A DNA stretch of 64,000 nt from Hormiphora californensis (lineage: Eukaryota > Animalia > Ctenophora), in NCBI GenBank assembly GCA_020137815.1, contig CM035350.1, positions 1,364,001 to 1,428,000 of the forward strand, written 5' to 3'. Below, one piece after another: positions 42,619-55,067 of the stretch. A program made the translations under genes and the position numbers. Every line of letters begins with the position of its first letter. The stretch's first letter is position 1. The notes under the pieces are model-generated. The model was given only the letters and a program-made list of their open reading frames with translations. It was not told the DNA's origin and made no database searches.

Positions 42619-45563
42619 TTATTCAGGTCCATAAGCCAAAGTAAACATATGGGTTTTCAAGGCCTTTTTAAACATCGGCAAGGTTTCCGTGGTTCGAATT
42701 TCTTTAGGTAGGCGATTCCAGATCCTCGGAGCAGCTATACTAAAAGCTCTCTCAGTGGTTTTGTAGTTGTAGTTACTGTGTACCTCTTCCAGTCTTGTCG
42801 TGTCACAGTCGACTCTTAAACTCATCGGTTTTTGTTTCCGTCTTTGCAGCATTTCCGATATGTATCCAGGCGTCCCATTATTCAGGGATTTGTATACCAT
42901 CATACAGATCTTATATTCTATTCTGTGTCTAACAGGTAGGAAGTGGGATTTTTTCCGTAGATCTGTTACACCACGTCTGCTACGTTTACCATGGACAAAG
43001 CGAGTGGCAGAGTTCTGTAGCTTCTGAAGACGCTTCACATCCTTGTCTTTGAGACCTATCAGTAGAGCGCTACAATAATCAATTTTTGAGTGTATAAGTG
43101 AGTTCACAAGTTGGGTCTTTTGCTTTTTGTTCAGTTTGCCTGCAATTCTCCACATGTTGACGAGTTGGTAGTTGCACGACTGAACAACTCTGGAGACGTG
43201 CTGGGACATCGTGAGTTCGCTATCGATCATGACGCCGAGATTCTTAGCAACTGGTTTGACTTCCGTTTCTTCTTGTACAATGTTCAGTGTGGCATCACTG
43301 GTAGATTTATCCCATTTGTTTCGTAGGATAAGAACTTCTGTTTTATCCGGATTCAACTTCAACAGGTTCTGTGTCATCCAGAGACGAATGTGAGACACGC
43401 AGCTCTGAACTTTCTTTATCACATCATCGAAAGTTTCTGGGGTGAAAGCTATCGAAAGTTGAGAATCATCCGCATACATGTGCAGGCTGAGACCATATAG
43501 TTCCGCTATTTTCTGTAGATCTCTGGTGTAGAGTATGAACAAGAGGGGCCCCAGGATGGAACCCTGAGGAACACCAATGCTGATAGACTTTGCTTCTGAC
43601 TCGACCGAACCTATCTTTACTCTAGCTGTTCGATTAGTAAGATATGATTCGATCCAGCTCAATACCTTTCCAGTCACTCCATAATCATGTTTCAGGCGGT
43701 GTAGTAGCTTGGCATGAGATATGGTGTCAAAGGCCGCTGAAAGGTCCAGAAGAACTAGGATGACCTTGGTCTTTTTATCCAGCTGCACAAGTATGTCGTT
43801 TACTATCTTGATAGTGGCCGTTTCACAGCTATGTTTCGAGCGATAAGCAGATTGAACTTCACTGAACAGTCCATTACTCTCCACGTAGTCAGTAAGCTGG
43901 TCAGCGACGCATTTCTCCAGGACCTTCGAGATGAACGAAAGGTTTGAGATTGGTCGATAACTATTAAGTTCATCAGGGTCTAGGTCACTGTTTTTGTATG
44001 ATGGTCGAATAACAGCAGACTTTAAGCTATCAGGGACTTCTCCTTTTGTGAGACTGGTGTTCACAATCTTAGACACTATTGGAATGAGGGCTGGAAAAGC
44101 ATCGTTGACAAATGAAGTTGGCATAGGGTCCAGGGTACAGTGTTTCTTGTTCATAGCACGGACAGTAGCAGCCAGCATCGAATCGGAGACAGGTTGAAAT
44201 TTCGCAAACTTTGGCAACTCTGCATCTGTTTCTAGTCGCGGTGTCAGTTCAGGAAGATCGGCTGTGAAATCCGGATCAAGCTGAATTTTCTCATAGATTG
44301 CCTCGATCTTGGAAGTGAAAAAGTCGATCATCCGGTCTGGAAGCCCATCTGGATCGTCAGTGGAGGGGAGTTGGGTCGGCGTCTTTTCCTTTCCGAGCAG
44401 GTGGTTTAGGATTTGATACAACGCAGCATGATTTCCGTCTGCTGCCTCTAGACGCTGTTGGAAGAATTCTCTTCTGGTGCGATTGAATACAGTTTTAGTA
44501 AACCGGATCTCAGCTATGAACAACTTTTCAGCTATTAGAACTTTTTCGTGGCAGACTGGTTTGTTCTTTTGCTTCTGTTTAAGGGCTTTCTTGTACGCTG
44601 ACTTGTACTTCCGCTCTGCTTTTCGGCGTTTGTGTAGAGCATCATAGCACTCTTGACTAAACCAGGGGGGCTTAGAGGATTCCGAAACAACTTTATCCTC
44701 AATCGGTGCTAACTGGTCAAGTATGTCTTCAAGTATGGTGTTATACAGTTTGACACATTCATCGACTGATTCAGGAAGCGGAGATTGACACAGTTTTGAT
44801 TTCAGAATCATATCCCGCACCAATTCAGTAGAACTCGTTTCATCGAGCGGCCAGTGATCATTTTCTTATGTTTGATCCCGTTTGCTGAGCCACAATGCAT
44901 TTTGAAGTCAACTAAGAAGTGGTCGGGTACTTCAGGGGTAGGTGTGACATTCAAAGAATCAAGAAGTGGGACATCTTTTGTCAGTACGAGATCAAGGGTG
45001 CCCCCGTGGAGGTGAGTCGGTTCTCGAACATGCTGTATCCAACAATGATCCTCAAGTATTTGCAAGAAACTTTGGGCGAATGGACAGAGCAGTTTTTCCA
45101 CGTGAACATTAAAGTCACCAGTTATCAGATGATGTCCAGACTTCGATGAAAACACTGAAAGAAACTCCTCGAACTCCTCAAGGAAGATCGCCTGTTTGGA
45201 AGAATCAGGGGGACGGTAGATAACAGCAACTCTCGTCAGGTCTATTCCAGGTCCATCAAGTATTGCTTCCAGCAACTCAAAGCTCGAGAAGACTTTACGA
45301 GATTTACATCGTTTCACTTTTAGTTCTTTCCTGTAAACAATGGCAACTCCACCACCTCTGCTACCGCGAGGAACACTGAGCAGCTTGTAGGGGAATTCTT
45401 CTATCTCCTTTGATAGAGCAGATTCTTTTGGAGATAGCCAAGATTCGGTTACACACATCACATCTATTTCCTGATCCATAGTTAGTACCAAGACTTCCTC
45501 TGTTTTGTTGCGAATCGAGCAGCAGTTGATGTTTCCGAAACTAAGAGAGGGAACTTTAGACAT
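42619..45563 (-). CDS. L2 ORF2 APE-RT (1-bp frameshift near 44830)
   Basis: NCCSIRNK, VTESWL, IYRPP, GDFN, YRPISNLSFISKVLEK, LDLSAAFDT, GVPQGSILGP, YADD, KNLGV. Confidence 0.9.
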
Positions 45564-45565
45564 AT

Positions 45566-46210
45566 CTAGTTTTTTGCCTGTTCTTCAATGAGGGATAGGC
45601 GGAATGGGCACAGCCGTTCTCCACTGTGATGATCTCTGGCTCGTGTTTTAAAAGTTTGAGACTTGTTGCAATTGACACAGAACTTCTTATCTCGGTTAGT
45701 ACAGGTTTTTACATCGTGGTCTTCACCGCAGAGTTTACATACCAGAACAGTGCTAGTACAGTCCGCTGTTTTGTGTTTAAACCCATGACACTTGAAACAC
45801 TGGGGCACATGAAATCGCTCAACTACATTCAGTCGGGACCAGCCATAGTAAACCTTTCCTGTTTCGAGAAGGCGTTGTTGGAGGGGAACAGGGATTCTTA
45901 GGGCAACTGTACACTTATCTTTGTTCTGGAAGTGGCTCTTTATGTAAACCACTGTTACATCCGGTGACAGCAAACATGGGTTTTTCTGTTGCAGAGTTTT
46001 CAGTACTCGATCTTTGGCCTCTTCCGTTGACAAGTTTTCTATGTTTTCTGGAACATGAAGAATCGTGACCTTGGCAGTTCCAGAGACCACAGATATGGTG
46101 GCATCCTGGGGGATTGAATTGGTGACCAGATCCTTGATCGACTCAATATCAGTTGATTCAGGAAAACCCACCCTGATTTCAGCAGCATGATTTGTATCCA
46201 TGAAGAGCAT
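45566..46210 (-). CDS. L2 ORF1 (gag-like CCHC knuckles), partial
   Basis: CFKCHGFKHKTADC, CKLCGEDHDVKTC, CVNC...H...C. Ends QAKN*. Confidence 0.85.
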   Translation of the reverse strand: MLFMDTNHAAEIRVGFPESTDIESIKDLVTNSIPQDATISVVSGTAKVTILHVPENIENLSTEEAKDRVLKTLQQKNPCLLSPDVTVVYIKSHFQNKDKCTVALRIPVPLQQRLLETGKVYYGWSRLNVVERFHVPQCFKCHGFKHKTADCTSTVLVCKLCGEDHDVKTCTNRDKKFCVNCNKSQTFKTRARDHHSGERLCPFRLSLIEEQAKN

Positions 46211-46460
46211 AGGAGTCTTTGCTAGGCAAGTGTTTAGGTTGTATTTGTGTGTGACAGTTCCTACCTGCTCTCACTTTTCGGCAAAAAGCCGCATATGATC
46301 AGAAAGAACATAATTTTTTTGTTTGACGAAATTGGTTAAGAAACAAAGACGTGAGAGCCAAAACAAGTTTCCGGTGCGCAAATAAAAATGTGTGCGCCAC
46401 CCAGGGCGTGACAAGGCCAGCGTTAAAATCTGGGTGTTTCGTGAGTGCTGACAAACGGTT

Positions 46461-46520
46461 TTTTAGGGTTAGGGCTAAAGTGGGGTTAGGGTTAGGGCTG
46501 GGGTTTGGGTTGGGGTTAGG
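46461..46520 (+). repeat. Degenerate TTAGGG-like interstitial repeat
   Basis: ttagggttagggctaaagtggggttagggttagggctggggtttgggttggggttagg. Confidence 0.7.
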
Positions 46521-46701
46521 CCTTGACATTTCCTACCAGATAAACTTTGAATTAGCCAAAACGGTTGAGTGGTTTGGCGGTTAGAGTCATTTTAGTGAAT
46601 CAACTTTTTTGGCAGCGCGCACCTGTAAACAGGCCACCAAACACCCAGATCGTAACGGCGCCCGCGTGACAACTTCAAAAAATCCTACTTAACATGTCTG
46701 T

Positions 46702-47237
46702 TAAAGTCCATTTTTTTTCAACTGTTCACCCCCCAAAGTCGTGCGCGGAATTGTTTTGCGCGTTTATCACATGTTAACGTGTAGCGCGCGCAGCGTAAAT
46801 TAAAATATCGCACGCGCACGAGTTGAGGGGTGAACAGTTGAATAAAAATGGACTTTACCCGCGCCGCCAAATGCAAACGATTCATAGACATTCATAAACA
46901 TTCATAAATAAACTTATTTTCGCCCAACGTTACCCTTGACGACGCCAAACGGCAAACCCAAGGGCCAAGAAAAAACGTTCAAAAAGTTTAAAAAAGAAGT
47001 CACTTTTGACGGAAAATTTCCAAAATGAAATGCCAGCGCGCGGCTTAAAAAAGGTAAATTTGGCAGCGCTGTATTCGATATTATTCGCGCTTTCCATTCG
47101 GCGCGCAGTTTGGCGTCGTAAAGTCCGTTTCAAGCGACTTGACCCGTAATTCCTGGAATTTGGCGCATTGCGCGTTTACAAAGGGGAAATCCTGAATTTC
47201 CAGGAATCTCAGGTCAAGTCGTTTGAAACGCACTTTA
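46702..47237. mobile_element. Two short hairpin MITEs with taaagtcc-like termini (about 46702-46857 and 47118-47237)
   Basis: Inverted arms taaagtccattt..caactgttcacccc / ggggtgaacagttg..aaatggacttta, and taaagtccgtttcaagcgacttgacc / ggtcaagtcgtttgaaacgcacttta. Confidence 0.65.
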
Positions 47238-47621
47238 GTGATGTGATTTAATGCATATGCATTCGTTTCAAAAATTCAGAGACGAGTGCACTTTTTAAAA
47301 CTTGTCTTTGAAAAGCGTTGAAACTTGAAAAGCCAGCGGTGAGCGGCGTTTGCCAATGAAAAGCGCTGCCTTGTCCCTCTAACTGCCTCCATAACTTAAG
47401 GCTTACACCCGACGTCATGCCTTGAGAGTTGAATTTGTAGCCCATACAACTTATTTTTTGAGGAGACAACCGGTGACCCCCAATCCCCATCACCCTCTGT
47501 TCTACTTTCTAGGCCCCGTTTCTGGATGAAATGGTAGATGGGTCTGGTTTTATTATACCCCTTACTGTAACCATTACATGGCATCAACCATTTATTTTTC
47601 CCTGAAGCAAGGAAATGAAAG

Positions 47622-49211
47622 ATGGGTACATTTCAAAAAGTTATCAGGATTATCGGAGCAGTGGTTTGTGTCCTTGTTCTACTTCAGCTCCACATCTCCA
47701 TCAACCAACCCTCGAACCGGTTCTCCCTCATGCGGCTCCAAAAGATGATAATAATTCAGACAATCATGTCCTTTATCAGTTACTACGTTTATAGGACTTA
47801 TAAAACATCTCGATTATGGAGCAAGCTTGTGTTGACAGCTGCTGCTCTGGCACATATCTCCTTCTTTACTCAGTACCTATTTATCAGTGACAATCCAACT
47901 CCCCTTTCCATCATTCCCTTTCTGGGGTTCTCCCTCATGATCTTTCTCGGAATGGGGACACTTGCCGGCGATATCGGAACTTTTATCTTTATACCTTTTA
48001 CTATCAAGATCACGGTTGGGTACCAGCGGTTTAAACTACACTCAGTTCCCAGTGCAGCTCTAGTGCTGACATTGTGGAGTTTTATAAACACTATTCTCCC
48101 TCCCCAACACTCCACCATACATGTCCCTATAAAGGGCCTGGGGAGGGAGTTCGATAACTTTCACATTCTTCACCTCTCTGACATCCATGTTGGACCCACG
48201 ACGGGGAAGAAGTTTGTTGATTGGATGGTGGATCGGTCCAACTCGCACAACCCTGATGTAGTGTTTATAACTGGAGATCTGGTAGATAGTTCAGTGAAGA
48301 ATTTGAAGAGGGCTGTGTTCGGATTGAAACACCTCAAGTCTAAATATGGGACATATTACGTCACAGGTAAGGGTTTACTATTGGAGTAATAAAATCATTT
48401 CCTAAAGTTTCTACGGATTGTTTTTGGAAAATTCCTTCTCTTTCTGATTCTCTAATAGGTCCCGTTCTACGTAGGTAACCACGAGTACTACACGAATGAT
48501 GTAGATAACTGGCTACATTACCTCAGTGACTCCCTGGGTATCTACACGCTACACAATCAACACCATGTTATATCAGCCAGTAGTAACTCCTCCCAACAGA
48601 TCTGTATTGCAGGGATAGATGATTATATAGCTAAGAAAATAGGGTGAGTAGACAGTAGTAGAATCGGGTGAGAAGGGAGGGACACTGTATAATGGGGGCT
48701 GGGGGGAGTCGAGTGTAAACCCTTTCCTTATTTCCCTTGTTTACCTTTGTAAACCCCTTCCTTATTTGCCGTATTTGTAACCCCCTCCTTCCCCCCAGTT
48801 ACGAGGGCCACACTGCTGATCCAGTCGGAGCGACGGAGGGATGTCCTAATGAGACCCCTGTTGTCATGCTAGCACATCAGCCTGCTGGTGCAAAACTGAC
48901 CCTAAAAAGGGTTTCAAAAGTGGACCTCATCTTATCAGGTATATCACTAGAAATCCTTCTTCCTCCCCCAGTAGACCCTTTGCTTTGTAGCTCCACATTC
49001 ACATCTTGTCCCTGCAGGTCACACGCACGGAGGTCAGTTTTTCCCGGTCCATATTCCAGTATGGCTGGTGAACCCTTTCTTTGCTGGTCTCTATAATCCA
49101 AGGGAGGGAACTCACGTGTACGTATCACGTGGTTTGAGGTTCTATGGTGCCCCAATGAGGTTCCTGTCTTACCCCCAATATACATCTGTCTTCCTTCATC
49201 CTGCAGATTAG
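47622..49211 (+). CDS. TMPPE: Transmembrane protein with metallophosphoesterase domain
   Basis: N-terminal TM helices, then LSDIHVG, TGDLVD, G|NHEYY, LAHQP, SG|HTHGGQ. Four exons. Confidence 0.9.
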
Positions 49212-49503
49212 GTCTCTCAAAGAATGGGAACACTCCTCAGATTTATTGAAAAACTCGTCCCTTTAATATTCTTCAGTTTTATCAGACCGGACCCGATGCA
49301 TGTGAGGATGTTACTGTTTTTCTTCAAAAACTTCAATAACTGTTTATTTGCGTTATGTGTGTAGATGTGTACTTTTTTTTGTTAACTTGTTGTGTTTTGA
49401 TTGGTAAATTTAGTTTGCTAACCCTAATGTCATGATAATTTTCCCACTTCCAATGTATTGCACACAATCACTGTTATCCTCCCCCTTTGTGTAGCCTAGA
49501 AAG

Positions 49504-51206
49504 ATGGCGCAACCCACGGGGGTATTACTTTGTTTCCTGTTGACGGTTATCCTCCCCTCCTCCTTCTCCCTCTATTTCCACATGTGGGAGACTGACATGA
49601 AGTGTTTTGTGGAGGAGGTCCCCGATGAAACCATGATTAGTGGTAAGTAGGGAAGTACTGGGTGTCACTTAGTGGTAAGTAGGGAAGTACAGGGTGTCAC
49701 TTAGTGGTAAGTAGGGAAGTACTGGGTGTCACTTAGTGGTAAGTAGGGAAGTACTGGGTGTCGCACAGTGGTAAATAGTACATGGTGTATGTCACTTTAC
49801 TGCCAAGTGCCATGAGAATTGGGAATTGTGCAATTGGCCTCAGCCAGTATAAAAACTCAGTCTGCATGCTGTAGATAGCTGCACAATTGAACAACTGTTG
49901 AATACCACCTGGTGTAGAAACCTGATACCCAGGCTTTTGTTTCATTCTAGAGTGAGAGAATTTTCCCCGGGGAAGAGTCAGCCCATGCCTCATTGCATTA
50001 TTATCTTTATTAAAACTCTGTGTTCCTTTCCTCACCACCATTATGTTCGACTCCAGTGTACATCACCCCCAACTAAAGTCCCAACCCCACACCTACCTTC
50101 CAGGTAAATACAAGGTTGAGCTGTACGACGAGAAAACAGAACAGTTTGTCAGCAAGCAGGGTGTGGGTATGCATGTAGAGATTAAGGACCCGGACAAGAA
50201 ACAGATCCTGTCTAAATATTACCAGAACGAGGGACAGTTCACCTTCACCACTCACACACCCGGGGAGCACTATATCTGCCTCTCTCCTAATAGCACTCGG
50301 TGGTTCTCTGGTGGCAATAGGCTGGTGAGTAACGGGGGAGTTGTTGTTTCACCTAATGTTATCAGTCATCCAAATATTGTAATTACCTCTCTGCTTCAAC
50401 CCCCGCTCCCTCATCAGACCCACTTTATTGATCCCTTATTGGTTCCCCCTTATTGGATATTGGTTCTCCAGCCCCCTCATTACTACAAACCTGCTAACAT
50501 CAGCCCTCCTCCCCCTCCCTCTGAGTATTGACCCATCCCCCCATACAGCGAGTACATCTGAGTATTGACGTGGGCGAGCATGCAAATGACTACAAGCAGA
50601 TCCAAGCTAAAGAGAAACTGAGTGAGCTACAGCTGCGAGTAAGGCAGTTGTTAGAGCAGGTTGAGCAGATCACAAAGGAGCAGAACTATCAGAGGGTGAG
50701 TGTTTACCTTTCATCCGGGATGAGTCATCCCCGAACTGAAGGTTTTGAGAATTTCGGGTTTGAATTGAATCAGAGTTACTAACTGGGTTGTGAGGTTGTC
50801 ATGTCTGTAACGCGCGGTACTTCCCTTCTGTGACAATATGAGCTGTTTTGGCGCGTCATTCACACACTCGCGCGGAGGAACCGCAAGGAAAATCACCACG
50901 TCAGACACTGGCTCCATCTTGCACGTCCCTTCCGTACCGCTGATCCTTCACGCTCCAGTCATCACACTTGTTAATGGGCAGCATGTTCCTTCCTTCTCTA
51001 ATCATACAGTTATACAATATCGTCTTGTATTAATCCTGACCATCCCCCTCTTTCAGACACGCGAAGAAAGGTTTAGGTACACCTCAGAGACGACCAACAC
51101 CCGGGTCTTGTGGTGGGCTGTAGCTCAGACTAGTATCCTGCTGCTAGTGGGGGCGTGGCAGATGCGCCATCTCAAGGGCTTCTTTGAGGCAAAGAAACTG
51201 GTGTAG
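49504..51206 (+). CDS. TMED9: p24 alpha (TMED4/9) cargo receptor
   Basis: [60 protein letters not shown], and C-terminus [15 protein letters not shown]. Confidence 0.92.
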
Positions 51207-51367
51207 ACACTCAAAATATATATAGGGACATGATATGTGTGTGTAAAGTTTTGCTCCATTCTTCTATAATATTATAATATTTTATACTTGAGGCATACAA
51301 TATATCAATGCTGCGGTTGAACTGATAGTTTCTCTAACTGTATAACCTGGTTACCCCCCACTTTAGC

Positions 51368-54232
51368 ATGGCATGTTCTGGCCTCACTCCCGCTCAACGG
51401 TTGGTAACGCAGTTCCCCCTACATTGCGGGCACGCTAAAACGTGCCTTACTATCGCAATGCCCTATGTAGGGGTAACAGAATCGGTTTCATATTTTTCAA
51501 AAATTAATACCGCCTCAACCATAAATCAGATTTGGCTAAATTCTTTTTCTACAGCCATGAAATTGTCTCAAGAATTGTGTAGTATGTTAATTTTGATGTT
51601 ATTTCATCATTAACACTGTTTTTGAAGTTGAATTTCGATGAAGATCGCGTTTTTGAAACTTCATATTCGGTGAGATGGTGCTGTGGACTATACCTAGGAC
51701 AATTGTGATAAAATCAATTCAAATTAAGTTATAGTTTGGCCGTGAAAATTCGACAAAGTTGGTAAAAAACAGCAGATTCGGAGGCTAAAATCTTGGACTA
51801 GTGACATATCATGTCCTGGCGTGCCATCGCGCCCTACGTAAAGTATAGTAATTGTGGGGTGGGGTGCCATGCCTGGACGTGTCATCGATACTTTTTAAGG
51901 AATTTACTTAAAAACGGGTAGGCGGTTCTGTTACCCCTCGACAGAGGGGTAACTTCGTTACCAAGCTCAACGGTACCTCTTCGATCTCCGGGGGTTCCTC
52001 ATCCTACGGAATGTCATTAGTCCAACTGAGATAGAAGCAGCCCGGAGTGCTATAACTGCTAACATGCACCGTTTCCACGAGAGAGCGGGAGGGTTGCTGA
52101 ACAGCAAGTTGGATCAGTTCAAGGGAAACAGGGGGAGGTTGGATTGTGGGACCATGTTGACCTGGGATAAACCTCATTGTGAGATCTTCAGGAGGTTTCT
52201 AGCACATAACGCTGTTATACCCGCTATAAATGAGCTGTGTGGTAAGGGGTTCAGGTTGGACCACCTGCCCCTGGCTATAATTCAGTATAAAGGTGCTGAG
52301 GGGTTTGATCTGCATGGTGGAAATGTGGACTCTGAAGGGAACTGGCTGCAAGATCTCAGTTATGAGTGCAGGTATTAGGGGATGGAAGATGGGAAGCCCA
52401 TGCACTCGGAGTAGTGGTAAGGGGTTGTTGTTGTTTGTTTCCACTTCTTCTACTAGTAGGGACGAATCTTAATTTTTTGACACACTATTTGGTGAAAAGC
52501 AAATTCCGGTTGTAACCGACCTATTTTGACCCGCTGAACAAGATCCCGTTCATAGGTAAGGTCGCAAAATTGGAGAACATGCCCAAATCGGCCACGCCCT
52601 TTTACCTGTATTTTTAGCCTGTAGCCAAAAACATAAATCCTCTTAGAATAGGAGTAGAGACAAATCTGAGGGCACTAAAGTGATCAGCGCCCTCGCATTA
52701 GTGGGGGTAGGTGCCGGAATTAAGTCTCTATCTCATCTGGTTAATTAGATAATTGGATAATTAGGTTTGCGCATAACCGTTTTTTGGCTATATGGCTATA
52801 GCCACTTAGGAATGGTTTAGAGGCTTTTCACTGGCGCCATTTTGTAGGCAATAGCCAAGTTATGGGGGGTCGACGTCGGACTTTTAAGCTCTATCTCCGA
52901 CCGTTTAGCCGTTATTTGCCTTAAACGATGCTCAAAATCGGGCTTTTAACCGTTTTTCGCTCATTTTGAGCATCGTTTAAGCCAAATAACGGCTAAACGG
53001 TTGGAGATAGAGCTTAAAAGTCCGACGTCGACCCCCCATAACTTGGCTATTGCCTACAAAATGGCGCCAGTGAAAAGCCTCTAAACCATTCCTAAGTGGC
53101 TATAGCCATATAGCCAAAAAACGGTTATGCGCAAACCTAATTATCCAATTATCTAATTAACCAGATGAGATAGAGACTTAATTCCGGCACCTACCCCACT
53201 AATGCGAGGGCGCTGATCACTTTAGTGCCCTCAGATTTGTCTCTACTCCTATTCTAAGAGGATTTATGTTTTTGGCTACAGGCTAAAAATACAGGTAAAA
53301 GGGCGTGGCCGATTTGGGCATGTTCTCCAATTTTGCGACCTTACCTATGAACGGGATCTTGTTCAGCGGGTCAAAATAGGTCGGTTACAACCGGAATTTG
53401 CTTTTCACCAAATAGTGAGTCAGCCACTTCTTTTTATAAGAGATTCGTCCCTACTATACTGTTCTATAGTTTGATTACTCTATCTCTCTCCCTCAGATAC
53501 GGCAAGATATCGTGTAATCTGCTGAACGTGGCGATACCCCTTGACGCAACGGCCAAGGGAGATGGAGGGTTTGTTATTGTACCGGGATCCCACAAGGCCA
53601 ACTTTCCCATACCGGGTGACCTGGAAGAGTGTGACAATCTCAGTGAGAACGAGTACCTTCTGAACCCCCGTCTTGATCCAGGTACTTACTGGTAGTGATC
53701 CAGGTACTTACTGGTAGTGATCCAGGTACTTACTGGTAGTGATCCATGTACTTACTGGTAGTGATCCATGTACTTAGTGGTAGTGATCCATGTACTTAGT
53801 GGTGGTGTGTTTTAGAACCAATTTACTAATGGTTAACATTTTCCTTGGCCGACCCTATCTCAAAAAACAACTAATAGTATAGTACCTCACTGAAACTCCA
53901 TTCCCCTCTCTCTCCCAGGTGATGTGTTGCTGTTCACATGAAGCTGCCACCCATGGTGCCTTCCCCTGGCAGGGTACCCACAGAATGCCGCCGAACCCTC
54001 GTTCTACAGATACTGTCCCTCCCAACTTCGCCTATGGACGGGGTTACCTGGACAAGAATCCTGGATTAGCGGCCGAACTGGAGGAGAGAGGAGGCAGTGG
54101 TACTACAAGCCCCCTTTGTTAACCGGCTAGACAGGAAGCACCTCAATAATGACTGGGACTGTAGGGGTGACAAAGAGGAGTGAAGCAAAGATAGAGTTTG
54201 ATAGGGGTGTCTTTGATAACAAGTACTTCTAA
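51368..54232 (+). CDS. Phytanoyl-CoA dioxygenase (PhyH)-like 2OG-Fe(II) oxygenase; disrupted in this assembly
   Basis: LTPAQRYLFDLRGFLILRNV, GFRLDH, LHGG, GDGGFVIVPGSHKANF, GDVLLF.EAATHG. A transposon sits in the first codons and the last exon has several indels. Confidence 0.75.
51401..51964. mobile_element. DNA transposon with 9-bp TSD inserted in coding sequence
   Basis: GCTCAACGG|ttggtaacgcagttccccct ... aggggtaacttcgttaccaa|GCTCAACGG. Confidence 0.85.
52454..53456. mobile_element. About 1-kb near-perfect palindromic (foldback) element, Academ-like termini
   Basis: tac|TAGTAGGGACGAATCT ... AGATTCGTCCCTACTA|tac. Arms of about 490 bp surround a ~24-bp spacer near 52950. Confidence 0.85.
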
Positions 54233-54293
54233 ATCACTCCACCCGTGCCCCCCTAGCTAGGTTACCATGGCAACTGGCTGTTAGTCTGTTACC

Positions 54294-54863
54294 ATGGCTA
54301 CAAACTCTCTGGGGACCCTCACAGAGACTCAGTTCGTGGCCCAGTGTCAGTCCATAGTGGAGGTATCAACCAAGATAGGAGATAGTTGGGAGATGAGGCA
54401 GGGTGACTGGGGTGATGTGTATCTTGTAAAGAAGGTTACCAAGGCAACACCCCTCCCTGGTAACCAAGATTAGTGATGATAAAGATGGTGATGATGATAG
54501 TGTAGTGGTAACACCTTCCTCAATGGTAACCTGGGAATACCACGTTACCTACAGATCATCCTACTCTGTTCCTGTTCTATTCTTCAAGGCATGGCACCCT
54601 ACCTGGCCAGCTTCTAACTCTGGATGAGGTCTGGGAGTTGACCCCTCCCGCTCCCTGAGACAGCTCCCTATATCACCCAAATGGAACACCCTGTACTGGG
54701 TGAACCTTTCTATGAGGTCCATCCCTGTACCACCGAGCGGCTTATGTCTGCTAAACCTGATATAGATCTCACTGATCTCACTGATCGGTATCTTGTGTCA
54801 TGGATGTCTATTATGGGACAAACCTTTGGGCTAGATCTAGATATCAGATATGCTTTTATGTAA
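54294..54863 (+). CDS. ATG10: ATG10 ubiquitin-like conjugating enzyme (frameshifted in this assembly)
   Basis: WEYHVTYRSSYSVPVLFF, ITQMEHPVLGEPFYEVHPCTT (catalytic HPC), YLVSWMSIMG...GLDL. Confidence 0.85.
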
Positions 54864-55067
54864 AGAGTATTAAATAAAACACGTTTTGTTTTTATGTATT
54901 TATTGTTGTTGTTCGTGCCCTCTCTTTTACCATGTTTTGTAACGGATTGTTGTTCTCTGAACTCCCCCCCCCCCATCTGACAGAAACTATATTCCCCCCA
55001 CTTGACAAACACTATATATCCCCCTCCCTCTCTGACCCACATTCTGTTATTTATAGGTTGAACCATC

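Larger units (their letters stand above)
41170..46270 (-). mobile_element. L2-clade LINE, 5' part of ORF1 missing or interrupted, long 3' UTR
   Basis: ORF1 with three CCHC knuckles, APE-RT ORF2, about 1.45-kb 3' UTR with internal ~175-bp tandem units (41950-42410), and a probable (AAACTT)n tail near 41171-41186. Confidence 0.85.

Noticed and set aside
46461-46520. Telomere or telomere-targeted insertion
   Set aside because: Short, degenerate and embedded in repeat-like DNA; not at an element junction that I can define.
49637-49800. CRISPR-like 32-bp repeats
   Set aside because: Head-to-tail repeats with no unique spacers, in a eukaryotic intron, with no cas genes.
53919-54680. Definitive pseudogene status for PhyH-like/ATG10 (and beta-gal copy 2)
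   Set aside because: Clustered 1-bp indels with intact catalytic motifs look like low-quality consensus; raw reads are needed.
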